Shown: positions 50,988 through 63,295 of the stretch, one piece after another
Layout of the letters: each line of letters opens with the position of its first letter
Position numbering within the stretch: position 1 is the first letter of the stretch
Assembly: GCF_004010195.1 (NCBI RefSeq)
Contig: NC_057718.1
Location: 10,716,460 to 10,780,459, forward strand
DNA length: 64,000 nt
DNA from: Chiloscyllium plagiosum
Lineage: Eukaryota
Direction of reading: 5' to 3'
The notes under the pieces: generated by a model
What the model saw: only the letters and a program-made list of their open reading frames with translations
What the model was told of the DNA's origin: nothing
Database searches by the model: none
Program-made: the position numbers and the translations under genes

Positions 50988-51251
50988 GTGAAACACACGA
51001 AGGAGAGAAAGAGAGTGAGAGGAGAGGAGAGGGGAGGGGGGGAGAAAAATAAACTGATTTGATAAGAAGTTTTATTTTTAAATTTTGAGGAGCTGTGTGC
51101 CGCGCTGGAGAGTTGTCACCGGCTCTGTCGACGTTTTGTTTTTTTTTTGAAAAAAAAATCTGCCTGAACCACGTCCCCAGCTCTTTTTATAAAACTGAGG
51201 GAGGGAATAAAAAGTTCCTTTTTGATTTCCGAGCTTTCTCCTGTCAGCAAC

Positions 51252-51306
51252 ATGTCCGAGTCCAATGTGCAAGTGGCCGTGAGGATTCGTCCCCTCAACA
51301 GAAGAG
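51252..51306 (+). CDS. KIF13B: Kinesin-3 family motor, first canonical coding exon (55 nt), most likely KIF13B
   Basis: MSESNVQVAVRIRPLNRR(E) matches the kinesin V.VAVR.RP motif. The 18 codons plus 1 nt before a GT donor match the recalled KIF13A/B exon 1; AVRIRP favours KIF13B. KIF13A or STARD9 cannot be excluded from 18 aa, and exon 2 was not found in the window. Confidence 0.72.
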
Positions 51307-52737
51307 GTAAAATCCACCAAATATTACCATCGTTAAAATGTTCAGATATTAAATTATATTGTTAAACTGGCACTGATTTGAAAATATCGATGCTGGGTGG
51401 GATTTTAAACTTGTGATGTTAGAGCTTCCTTGCGCCCTCCCAAATTAAGGGTGTGTATAATTAAAGTATTACATCTCATTTTACTGTATTCTTCTTAGAT
51501 ATTTTATCTGTCTTTTGATGGTTTCAAATAAAAAAAAACAAGATGTGTTCGTGTTATACAACTGAATTTTGGCATTTTTTTTTGCACAATTTTTTTGCAT
51601 TTGAAAAAAGCATCAGCTAGAGTGGGTTTCCCCCTCTTATTCTGTCTGTCCCAAATAAACTTTGGTGCAGGTGGGGTCACTTGCACCAAAATCTTTCGAT
51701 CTTGCCCCCTGTCTTCCTCTTTCCCCGTCACTCCCCCGATTGGGAATAGGGTTTTCGTTTAAAAAATTAATTTTGGGCGGTGAAGAGGAAATCAAGGTCA
51801 AGCTGAGTCACTTCATGAATAAAACACAAGTAAGGTGTTCTTGACTAAGCGCTGAGGATCACCTGTCGGTGTGATTCAATTGCTTGAACAGCTCGGGTGC
51901 TTCTGTTTTGCAATTTGATTTTAATATATTAAGATCCTTTTTCCTACTCCAGTTCAAATTATGGAAGTTGAAACAACTGTACAATGCAGTTTCACTAATT
52001 TTGCTTTCAGGGCTTTTTTTTGTTGCAGAAGTTATTAGCGGTAGTCAGCTTTGATGTAGTTCCAGTTAAATGTTTGTTTTCTGTTTAATTTTTAACGTGA
52101 AGGATTTCTTCAGGATATTTAGCAACTTTTCTTTTCAGCGGGATAGACATGCTGTTCCTCTGCTGAACAGGGCTGCTTTGTGCTGTGATTAGAGATTTCC
52201 TGCAATGTTCTTTTTGAAACTTTTTTTGTCCATTTTAATTTAAATCTCAGAGACAATGGCGTTCTCACTCCCTTCAATCAGAGGCTAAGCTGATTTAAAA
52301 AAAAACAAATAATTTAAAAAAAGAAAAGTTAGAACTGAAATAATGCTGCTTGCCAAGGTGATTATGCAGCCACACCAACTTGAAATGCTAAAAGCTCCTG
52401 AAGAGGTGCGTTATCAAAAAAAAGATTGACATTGCACTCCAGCCCTTGTGATGCGTATTGTTTGCAAAACATTTCAAGCCTTATTGCATCCTTTGTCCAT
52501 TTCTCTTCCTCCTTCGGATGGTGTTAATTCATCCTCTGGCATTGTTTCATGGATTCCAAATGTACTTTGGAGACTCACTCAAGTGACTGTTCTCTGGCTG
52601 AGCATAACTGATAAATGCTATCACGATTCCAAATTTGGAAGCAAAACAGCCCTCAACCTTCATTATGAGTCTCTCTGAATATAATCTAGGAACCTTGACA
52701 TTTTTCTCCACCTTGCTGGGCAATAGCGTAAGAAATT

Positions 52738-53060
52738 GGGGCCGCACGGTGGCACAGTGGTTAGCAGCCAGAGACCCGGGTTCAATTCCCGCCTCAGGCA
52801 ACTGTCTGTGTGGAGTTTGCACATTCTCCCCATGTCTGCATGGGTTTCCTCCGGGCGCTCCGGTCTCCTCCCACAGTCCAAAGATGTGCAGGTTAGGTGA
52901 ATTGTCCATGCTAAATTGTCCGTAGTGTTAGGTGAAGGGGTAAACGAAGTGGAATAAGTCTGGGTGGGTTGTTCTTCGGAGGGTCGGTGTGGACTTGTTG
53001 GGCCGAATGGCCTGTTTCCACACTGTACGTAATCTAATCTAAGTAATCTAATCTAATCTA
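52738..53060 (+). mobile_element. HE1-type V-SINE
   Basis: Consensus with a small head deletion; (aatct)n tail. Confidence 0.92.
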
Positions 53061-53084
53061 AAAAAAGTATCAGAAGTGTAGTAG

Positions 53085-53520
53085 GTGATGGCCGAGTGAT
53101 ATTGTTGCTAACTATTAATCCAAAAACTGAGGTATGTTCTTCGGACCTGTGTTTGAATCCCACTGTGGCAGATTTTGGAATTTGAATTCAATAACAATCT
53201 GGAAATCAAAGTTTAATGATTGCCGATTGTTAGGAAAACCCCATCTGGTTCATTAACATCCTTTCAGAAAGAAAATCTGCCATCCCTACCTGGTCTGGCC
53301 TGCATATGATGCCCTGAAGAAGGGCTCATGCCCGAAATGTCGATTCTCCTGCTTCTTAGATGCTGCCTGACCTGCTGCCCTTTTCCAGCAACACATTTTC
53401 AGCTGCATGTGATGTCAGACCTATAGCAATGTGGTTAACTGTTAATTGCCTACTGGCAATTAGGGATGGGCAATAAATCACTGTTCCAGCCAATGATGCC
53501 CACATCATATGAATTAATTA
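53085..53520 (+). mobile_element. Old SINE with a nested family A pseudo-LTR (about 53313-53403)
   Basis: Homologous to 29260-29524 plus 30393-30510; ctgcat(a/g)tgatg repeated around the insert. Confidence 0.75.
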
Positions 53521-54142
53521 AAAAGCTAGATTTTAAAAATACAATGATGGTTACAGTTATGTATGATACAGAATGATGTGCATTTTAATTTGTTGCAATT
53601 GGTGTGGTATTTGTGGTGTCCCTCAGGAACTTAAATTCGTATCAGTGAAAATAATGGTATGTCCAAAGATATCACCTAAGATTTGACAACATCCATTACT
53701 TTTTTGGATGATTTTATGGGGAAACTTTGTGACAAAACACTTTTGTAAGGGCTTCACACTGTAATATGATTCCAAAGACTTTCTGCATCTGATGCAGAAA
53801 GAATTGGACAATTTGCAAACAAACTGGAAGTACCAATTCTGCATACTTTTACACTGTGATATTGGCCTATGACTCCTGTTTTTGAGTTCTCGAGTCCCTT
53901 TAGGAACAAACCACGTCTCGGTTTGAAAACTAAGTTCAAAGGTAAAATAAAAAGGGAGAATTTAAACCTATGCAGCAATTTTCACGACCTCAAGATAGCC
54001 CAAAATACTTCTCGGCCAGTTATGTACTTTTGAAGTGTTGCAGGGGAATTTGGCAGATGATTTGTACACAGCAGACTACTGGAGTTTGTGATTGACCAGT
54101 TAATCGGATGTAGAAGCGTGAGCTAAGTGTTAAATATAATAG

Positions 54143-57100
54143 ACCAGAAGTCAGGAGTGGAAGTAAAGCCATTCAGCCCATCGAATCCACTCTGCCATTT
54201 AATCATGACTGATGGGCATTTCAACTCCACTTACCCACACTCTCCCCGTAGCCCTTAATTCCTTTTGAGATAAAGAATTTATCAGTCTCTGCCTTGAAGA
54301 CATTGAAGTACTGGCTTCCATTGCGCTCCATGGCAATGAATTCCACAGGCCCACCACACATTGGCTGAAGAAATGTCTCCTCATTTTTGTTCTAAATTGA
54401 CCCCCTCTAATTCTACGGCTGTGCCCACGGTCCTAGTCTCCTTGCCTAACAGAAACAACTTCCCAAGGTCCACCCTTTCTAAGCCATGCATTATCTTGTA
54501 AGTTACTATTAGATCTCCTCATAACTTTCTAAACTCTCATGATTACAATCCCAGGATCCTCAGCCGTTCACCGGATGTTAGGCCTACCATTCCAGGGATC
54601 ATCTGTATGAATCTCCGCTGGACACACTTCAGTAGTAGTATGTCCTTCCTGAGGTGTGGGACCCAAAATTGGGCACAGTATTCTAAATGGGGGCTTAACT
54701 AGAGCTTTATAAAGTCTCAGAAGGACATCGCTGCTTTTATATTCTAACCCTCTTGAGATAAGTTACAACATTACATTTGCTTTTTTAATCATGGACGCAA
54801 TCTGCAAATTAACCTTTAGAGAATCCTGGACTAGCACCCCCAGATTCCTTTGTACCTTGGCTTTATGAATTTTCTCACCTTTTAGAAAATAGTCAATGCC
54901 TGTATTCTTTTTTCCAAAGTGCAGGAACTCACGTTTGCTCATGTTGAATTTCATCAGCTACTTCCTGGACCACTCTCCTAAACTGTCTACATCTTTCTGC
55001 ATGCTCCCCACCTCCTCAGTACTACCTGCCTATCCACCTAACTTTGTATCATTGGCAAACTTCACTAGAATGCCCCCAGTTCCTTCATTCAGATCATGAA
55101 TATATAAAGTGAATAGCTGCGGCCCCATCACTCAACCCTGCGGGACACCACCGGCTGCCATTCTGAAAAAGAACGTTTTATCCCAACTCTCTGCCTTCTG
55201 TCAGACAACCAATCCTCAATCCATGCCAGTAGCTCACCTCCAACCCTATGGGCCCTCACCTTACTCAGCAGCCTCTTGTGAGGCACCTTTTCAGAGACCT
55301 TTTGGAAATCTAGATAGATAACAACATCCACTGGGTTTCCCTGGTCTAACCTATTTGTTACCTCTTCAAAGAATTCTGGCAGGTTTGTCAGGCATGACCT
55401 CCCTTTACTAAAGCCATGCTGACTTGTTCTAATCTGACCCTGCACCTCCAAGAATTTAGAAATCTCATCCTTAACGATCTCATCCTTGACTCTAGAATTT
55501 TACCAACAGCTGAGGTTAGGCAAATCGGCCTATAATTTTCCATCTTTTGTCTTGATCCTTTCTTGAACAAGGGGGTTACATCTGGGACTTTCCCTGACTC
55601 CAGTGACTTTTGAAAGATCACAACTGACGCCTCTTCTATTTCCTCAGCCACCTCCCTCAGAACTTCAGGATGTAGCCCATCGGGGCCAGGGGATTTATCA
55701 ATTTTTTTGAACTTTTAGTTTTTCTAGCACTTCCTCTTTTGTAATGGCTACCATACTCAACTCTGCCCCGACCCTCCTTAATTGTTAGAATATTACTCCT
55801 GTCTTTCACTGTGAAGACTGAGACAAAGTACTTATTAAGTTTTTTCAGCTATTTCTTTATCTCCCAGCACTAGCCTTCCTGCATCAATTTGGAGCAGCCC
55901 AATGTCTACTTCTGCCTCTTGTTTGTTTCTTATGTGTTGAAAGAAACTTTTACTATCATTTCTGATACTACTGGCTAGCCTACCTTCATACTTGATCCTC
56001 TCCTCTCCCGATTTCTCTCTTTGTTGTTCTGTTTGTTTTTGTAGCCTTCTCAATCTTCTGATTTCCCAGTGCTCTTGGCATAACCTGTTTTGTTCTTTGG
56101 AATGAACCTCTGTACTGTGTCTTCAATTACACCCAGAAACACCTGCCATTGTTGCTCTACTGTCTTCCTGTTAGGCTCTGTTTCCAGTCGATTTTTGTCA
56201 GTTCCCCTCTCGTGCCCCTGTAATTACCTTTATTTAACTATAACGCCATTCCATCGATTTTGTCTTGTCTCTTTCAAACTGCAGACTGAACTCTACCATA
56301 TTATGATCGCTGCCTCTTAAGTGTTCCCTTACTTTAAAATCTTTTATAAACTCTAGCTCATTCCATAGCACTAAGTCCAGAATAGCCTGCTCCATTGTGG
56401 GCTCCATCACAAGCTGTTCCAAAAACGCCATCCTGTAAGTATTCCATGAATTCCTTTTCTTTGGATCCACAGGCAACATATTCACCCAGTCCACGTGCAT
56501 ATTGACGTTCCCCCTTGATCACTGTGACCTTGCTTTCTGACATGCCCTGTCTGTTTCCTGGTACATGAAGCGCCCCTGGTCCTGACCACTGTTAGGAGGT
56601 CTATACATAACTCCCATTATGGTTTTTCTTTTTGCCTTTGTGGTTCCTCAACTCCACCCACACAGACTCCACATCATCTGATCCTCTGTCATTCAGTGCC
56701 ATAGATTTAATTTCATTCTTAACCAATAAGGCAACCCCGCCCCCTCTGCCCATCTCCCTGAACCCCCTGCAACCATGTCTGTGATGCCTACCACATCATA
56801 ATCATTCACGATGACTTGTGCCGTTAATTCGTCTACTTTGTTACGAACACTGCGAGCATTCAGATAAATGCCTTAATGCTAACTTTCTTATCATTATTAG
56901 GGATATTGGAAATCATAAGATGTCCTAAGTTATCCTTTCTTTTTCCTTCATTCCTAGTCTGCCTTGAACTTAAACCCTGTGCACATACTAGCCTGCTGTT
57001 TATGTTTCTACCTGACTCCATACTATGTGTCGCTTTCCCTTTCCTCCCCACCCCACCCCCACCCCCCCGACTCACAAGTTTAAAGTCCTAGTGACCATCC

Positions 57101-57630
57101 TATTTATCCTTTTCACCAGAACACTGGTTCCAGATCAGTCCATCCCATCGGCACAGATTCACCCGGTTCCAAAACTGATGCCAATGTCCCATGAAATGGA
57201 ATCCCTCTTTCCCACACCAATCTCTTAGCTAGGTGTTTATTTCCCTAATTTTCTTATCTCTATGCCAATTAGCACGTGGTTTGGGTAGTAATCCAGAGAT
57301 TATGACTCTTGAGGAGCTGTTCTTCAACTTCCTAGTGCTTGATGCTCCTCCTTCCTAGCCTTGCCTATGTTGTTAGTTCCAACATGGACCACAACAACTG
57401 GATCTTCTCCCTCCCTCCAATATCCTTTCAAGCCGGTCGGAGATGTCCTGCACCCTGGCACCGGGTAGGCAACACACCATGTGGGACTCCTGATCCGGCT
57501 TACAAAGGATACTATCTGTTCCCCCTAATTATAGAATCCCCGATAACAACTACTTGTTTTTTTGCTCTCCCCTCTTGACTAGCCTTCTGCACCATGGTGC
57601 AGTGGTCAGCTGGCTCATCTTGTCCACAGC
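54143..57630 (-). mobile_element. CR1-clade LINE: decayed ORF2 plus the 3' part of an esterase-type ORF1
   Basis: QHGFSKGRSCLTNL, IYLDFQK, LFKKGSRQKMENYRPICLTS, GSDHNMV; VVVIGDSIIRG (GDS motif of CR1 ORF1 SGNH esterase) at about 57520-57555. Confidence 0.92.
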
Positions 57631-60600
57631 CCTTTTCCTCATTTTTAACATTAGGCGAATTAGGCTTCTCCTCTTTGAATACTAAAGTGGAATCTATTCC
57701 ATCCACCAGGAAGGGGAGGGTGAACCTCATTTTACATCTCATCTTAAAATTCTGGACTGCAACTCATTTTTCTGTGCTGCTCTGATGTGCTCACTGAGAT
57801 GAATATTAAGGTCTGAGTTCTCTATTCCCTCTGTCTCAGGATCTTAAATCAAGATCAGCGCAGATAGTGAGTTGAAATTTCTTTTTCCTCTTGATTGATT
57901 TGTAATCAATTCTGTGAAGAAAAGAAGCAAGATCACTTTGGAGCCTAGCTAGTGTTCATACCACTGACGTAGGTGGCCCAGGTTCACATCCCACCTGATC
58001 CAAATGTCTGTAATAAAATTTGAGGTTAATTGTAAAATATCTGGATTCTAGTGTTAGAGCTGTTTCTGTGTGATATACAGTATCTGTTGATTACTATGTT
58101 GACCAGTGGTGTTGTTCAGTTCATTCTCTTAATAACAGCATTTTCACTCAATTTCTGTTTGAAGTTGCTTAAAGCTAGACCATAGTTATAACTTTTGGCA
58201 TTTGTAGTACATGTTCCATGAGCTCGTGATAGCACACGGTGCTATTATTTGACAGGCTACAGTATAATCTCATTTCTTGCTTCAGGATTTGGATCTGTGC
58301 AAAGCAGTAAGATCAGTGGACTTGGTGATGAACTTGTATCATCTCAGGATGTTTTGTGTTGAACATCTAAAAGTACATGATTAAGCCATTGGTTGTCACA
58401 AGATTATGATTAGAATAATGATGTAAGCATCTTAAGGCTGAAACTGAGCATTCTGTATCAATCCAAACTCAGCAGAGGAATTTCATGTCAATCAAACTTT
58501 TCTCCCAGCCACTGTGGTCAGCTGGGTTGCTGGTTTTGAACTATCGTTTGCTGCACTAGAGTTGTTTGATAATGCAGAAAACTTTAGTTTGACTTCTGGT
58601 AAATGCTAGCTAGCACAATAAACTTTTAATGCAATTGTCTCCATTAGCATTTTACTGGATTTACTTTGTCTCACCTGCCACCAGGATTGCATCAACTTCT
58701 TTCTTTTGACCTGTGCTTGCACACCGTTGAACTTTGGGAGACATAGAAATCTAAGCTCACATTAATTTTTATGTATCTTCATTTGTTGATAGAGTTTTTA
58801 TTGTGTTCTTTCACCCACCATTGAGATTGTTCTGTTAAAGTCAACCTTTTCTGGATCTGCAGTCTCAGAAATTTTAAATCAACAGGAGAAATAAATGCAG
58901 AATGGGTTAAATAGCCTTGATTGCAAAGTAACTGTTGGCAGATCAAGGAGTCTGTGGCTTGGATTTAATTTGCATATATGATCTTGAGTGACGGTGCTCC
59001 AGTTTGAGTGAAAATCTCATGTTTTGTGTGATTTATGCACATGAGTTTGTGTTAACTGATGCAATGATTAGCAATTAAAAATTTCATTGTGTATGAAACA
59101 CTTAATTGCAGCAGTCTAATACTGGATATTAAAACGACAGTCTGTTAATATTCCAACTGTATTTCAGTTGCTTTTGTGCTTGATCTAATTTTTGAGATCA
59201 GATATTTTATCATTTCAGATCAGTAGAGTTGAAGATATTTTACAGGATGCAAGCAGTGAGAGTTTCATTGACTGGCAACTTGAAAGATTTAATTTAATAA
59301 GAAACAGCATGTTATTTACATGCATGGTTGGAAGTAGAATTTGAATATTTCTGATAGAGAAATATTCTCCTTGTTCAAAGTACTTGTTAGATTTGCTGTC
59401 AGATTTATGAATTATTCTTTTATTGGTTGTTGAAAGGTCAGTGATGCAGCTGGGGAGTTTAAGTGACATTTACTTTTATTCTCTGCCCCCTTTTCCAGTA
59501 AATTGAACATAAGAACAGGAATAGACCATCCAGTCCCTTTAACCTGTTACATCATGCAATGAGATCATAGCTGATCTGTGGTCTAACTCCACATACACCT
59601 GCCTTTAGCCCATATCGCTTAGTACCTATGCTTAAGGAAAAAAAAGCTCTCAGACGTTAAATTAATAACTGCTCATTTGTGCGAACATTACCATAAAACC
59701 CTCAATCTATTTTGTTCTCCTGTATATTCATTTTTCATTCCACACAAGCTACTGCTTAAAGAACTAATGGACAATCTGCTCTAAATCCTCTAATCTCATT
59801 ATGACATTCTTCCCCTTGATTTTTATACTTTGCACCAATGTGGTTGAAATTGGAAACTCTGCTATGTATGCATATGCTTGCCCACTACTTGATAATCCCT
59901 AGCACAGACCTGCAATGAAGTGCAACACCTTACTATTTGGAACCTGGTCTTTTTAGGTCTTTGCATTGGGCAGTGAGCCCTCTTGGGAACAGTAAACTTA
60001 ATTAAATTATTGTACCACCTCAAGTTTCTCTGCTGCTTCCTTGAAGATGTTAATTTATTTTTGAAGGTAAAATACCTTTTTGTTTTGCGTTGCACCTATC
60101 CAGTTTCTGTGACTAATTTGTTCATGATACACTAATTATAGATTGTTTTGCTAAGTGGTAAAGTTATTACATGCAACACGCTCTTATGCATATTGCATGT
60201 TATGATAGTGTCTTCTCGGCAGTTTTATAACATAAATTAAAGGTTTTGTGGGAAATGAACAGGGATGTTGTTTATTTTTTTTCCCCTTATGAGCAATTTT
60301 TTTCAGAATAGTGCCAGGCTCAATTTATGTGGTGTAGTTCAGTTTACCTGGAAAACTAATGGGTAAACCCACCCATGTTCTGGGAGCCATATAGCCTAGG
60401 AAAGTCTCATTTTTAATTTTTCAACTCTGCTGAGCACACACATCTTGGAGTGCCTGGGCAAAAGGGGAAAACCAATATGTTTTTTAAGTGTTGTCCAGTG
60501 ACTTTGCACTGGACTTTTAATAACATCTCTGAACAGGTTGATTAGAAAAATAGGTTAATTTAAAAAAAAGTTAAACACAACACAAACAAAACTGGCAGGG

Positions 60601-60916
60601 TGGAGTTTCGAATAATTGGCTTAAAAGGACTAAAGCTGTTGTGGATCTACTTGTTCTGAATGATCATGAAAATGTTCATGCAAAAAAATGCAAATAAGAT
60701 AACAAAAACATTATGGTAATGGTCCTCTCAAAATACCTGAACAGTCTGATAAAGTATTTGAAGACAATTCTTTAACTATATTCAGATGGCTATGTGAGTT
60801 CTCAAACTGAAACCCCTCTATATTCCTGCTGTCAGCCATGTTCAATGTGGGGGAGGGGAAGCAAAACATTCTCCAACCAGTCAGTCTATTTAAGTCTAAT
60901 TTTGGCACATTTTCAT

Positions 60917-61186
60917 TGGCATGGTGGCACAGTGGTTAGCACTGCTGCCTCACAGCGCCAGGGACCTGGGTTCAATTCCCGCCTCAGGCAACTGTCTGTG
61001 TGGAGTTTGCACATTCTCCCCGTGTCTGCGTGGGTTTCCTCCGGGTGCTCTGGTTTCCTCCCACAGTCCAAAAATGTGCAAGTTAGGTGAATTGGCCATG
61101 CTAAATTGCCCATAGTGTTAGGTAAAAGGGTAAATGTAGGGGTATGAGTCTGGGTGGATTGTTTCTACACTGTAAGTAATCTAATC
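60917..61186 (+). mobile_element. HE1-type V-SINE with a tail deletion
   Basis: Consensus head and core. Confidence 0.92.
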
Positions 61187-61385
61187 TCCAGCTTCCATAG
61201 TATTTTACTTTTGTTTTGTACACAAATTTTCTCTAATTACAATCTCGCAGCTTCCATAGTCACTTTTCTACTCCCAGATCTCACATCATCAGACTTGTTA
61301 AATACAGTTTGCTTCAAATCTTGACCTTTAGGTTGTTTTAAACTACTTGCTCACTATACCCCGCAGCAGAAAGATTCTTTAGCAA

Positions 61386-61672
61386 GATTTAGATTAGATT
61401 ACTTAGTGTGGAAACAGGCCCTTCGGCCCAACAAGTCCATACCGACCCTCTGAAGAGCAACCCACCCAGACCCATTACATTTACCCCTTCACCTAACACT
61501 ACAAGCAATTTAGCATGGCCAATTCGCCTAACCTGCACATTTTTGGACTGTGGGAGGAAACCCACTCCGACATGGGGGGAATGTGCAAACTCCACACAGA
61601 CTGTTGCCTGAGGCGGGAATTGAACCCGGGTCTCTGGCGCTGTGAGGCAGCAGTGCTAGCCACCGTGCCGCT
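61386..61672 (-). mobile_element. HE1-type V-SINE
   Basis: Reverse complement of the consensus with a core deletion. Confidence 0.92.
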
Positions 61673-62621
61673 ACCTGAAATAAAAACAGAAAGCTAATAT
61701 CATTCAGCAAAGAGGCATGTCACCTCTCCAGTCTCTGACCTCGATTTTCCACTTTTGCCTTAGGAAAGTTAGGGCTGAATAATAAGCATTTTATTTACAT
61801 AACCCATGTACCAGGAACATTTTTTAAAAAAAAGATCTTCCGGCATCTATAGCACTGTTATGCAACACCTAGAACAAAGTACTACAGGATCAATACTCTT
61901 AACATTTTCAGTACATCGTCACAAGCGAGTCAAGGAGAAAGTTTATATTTGTGAACAAGAGCTTTTTCACTATCACTGCTATTGTCTGGTGTGTCATGAC
62001 ATTATCTGTTCTGAGACTCAGCTCCACAAGGAATATCAGTTTGATATTCATCAAGGTTATCCATTTTAATCTGTGCACTTCAGCATGTGTGCACGTAAGT
62101 GGATGTTGTCATAAATAAACCCAGTTCAAAATCCACACTTGCCTTTTGTCCAGGCACACCAAGAAAAGTATGCTCAGCACAGTTGAAGAATTGAAGATGA
62201 GACTTTCCTGGGTTATATGGCTCCCAGAACATGGGTGGATTTACCCATTAGTTTGCCAAGTATGGTCTGAATTACACCATGTAAAGGCTACAAATTGAGC
62301 CTGGCACCATTCCTAAAATAAAACCACCAAAGATTGCTCATAAGAAGAAAAAAAGACAACATTCTTGTTCATTTCCACTAAACCTTTGTTTCTCCTCTAC
62401 AGTTTTATAACAAAAATTAATTATAGCTTCCATGATGCAGGTTGCATGTTATCAGCTTTTCATGCACCACCCAGTTAGCCATTTGATGTGGGTACTGGGT
62501 GAATGTAAAAATATTCTATTGTAGAGGTATCAAACTGAGCCTGTTTGTTACCAGATCCATGGATAGCAAAGTTTTCCAGTTGAGATTGTTGGACACCAAA
62601 AAGAAGGAAGCACATGTCATT

Positions 62622-62933
62622 GGGCAGCACGGTGGCACAGTGGTTAGCACTGCTGCCTCACAGCGCCAGGGACCCGGGTTCAATTCCCGCCTCAGTCGAC
62701 TGACTGTGTGGAGTTTGCACATTCTCCCCGTGTCTGCGTGGGTTTCCTCCGGGTGCTCCGGTTTCCTCCCACAGTCCAAAGATGTGCGGGTCAGGTGAAT
62801 TGGCCATTCTAAATTGCTCGTAGTGTTAGGTAAGGGGTAAATGTAGGGGTATGGGTGGTTTGCGCTTTGGCGGGGCGGTGTGGGCTTGTTGGGCCGAAGG
62901 ACCTGTTTCCACACTGTAAAGTAATCTAATCTA
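62622..62933 (+). mobile_element. HE1-type V-SINE, full length
   Basis: Consensus head, core and tail. Confidence 0.92.
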
Positions 62934-62946
62934 AACCATAAGTATT

Positions 62947-63295
62947 CAAAGTTTGTACGAAGATTTGTAGCTTGGGTGCTCGTTGTTGTGGTTCTGTTCG
63001 CCGAGCTGGAAGTTTTTGTTGCATTAGCCCTGATTCTATTGAATGGTGGAGCAAGCTCAACGAGTTGAACAGCCTATTTCTGTTTTTATTTCTTATGGTC
63101 TTATCGATTCCAACAATTTCCTAACATCACACGTTAATCTAACCGGAAGCGGCAGGGACAGACCACTATAAACATCGGAGGAAACATCAAAGAAGCGCTT
63201 CGCAGGAGGCTCCCAAGCACTGATGATGTCGCCTAGCCAGGGGACGAAACGTTTGCAACAAAAACTTCCAGCTCGGCGAACAGAACCACAACAAC
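62947..63295 (+). mobile_element. Family C PLE pseudo-LTR insertion with an inverted 5' segment and a hammerhead motif at 63217-63256
   Basis: aaccataagtatt at 62934-62946 and 63293-63305; 62982-63023 inverts to 63254-63295; gcaCTGATGAtgtcgcctagccaggggacGAAACGTTtgc. Confidence 0.85.

Larger units (their letters stand above)
50560..51310 (+). promoter_or_regulatory. CpG-island promoter / 5' region of the kinesin gene
   Basis: Sharp local rise in CpG in otherwise CpG-poor non-TE DNA. E-box CACGTG at 50566, TATATAAA at 50601, CCGGAAGT at 50692 and 50722, GC box CCGCCC at 50811; lies directly upstream of an ATG exon. Confidence 0.85.
60148..62480. repeat. Diverged inverted repeat, arms about 60148-60530 and 62098-62480
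   Basis: aactaatgggtaaacccacccatgttctgggagccatatagcctaggaaagtctcat (60355-60411) matches the reverse complement of 62198-62254; similarity extends on both sides. Confidence 0.85.

Noticed and set aside
50565..51062. Overlapping 100-140 aa ORFs on both strands in the CpG island, including a possible divergent gene start
   Set aside because: Expected from stop-poor GC-rich DNA and the 30-bp repeat; no recognisable protein similarity.
3040..62914. Many similar 60-130 aa ORFs (CGRKPEHPEETHADTGRMCKLH..., HGGTVVSTAASQRQ...) as a gene family
   Set aside because: They are chance translations of HE1 SINE copies.
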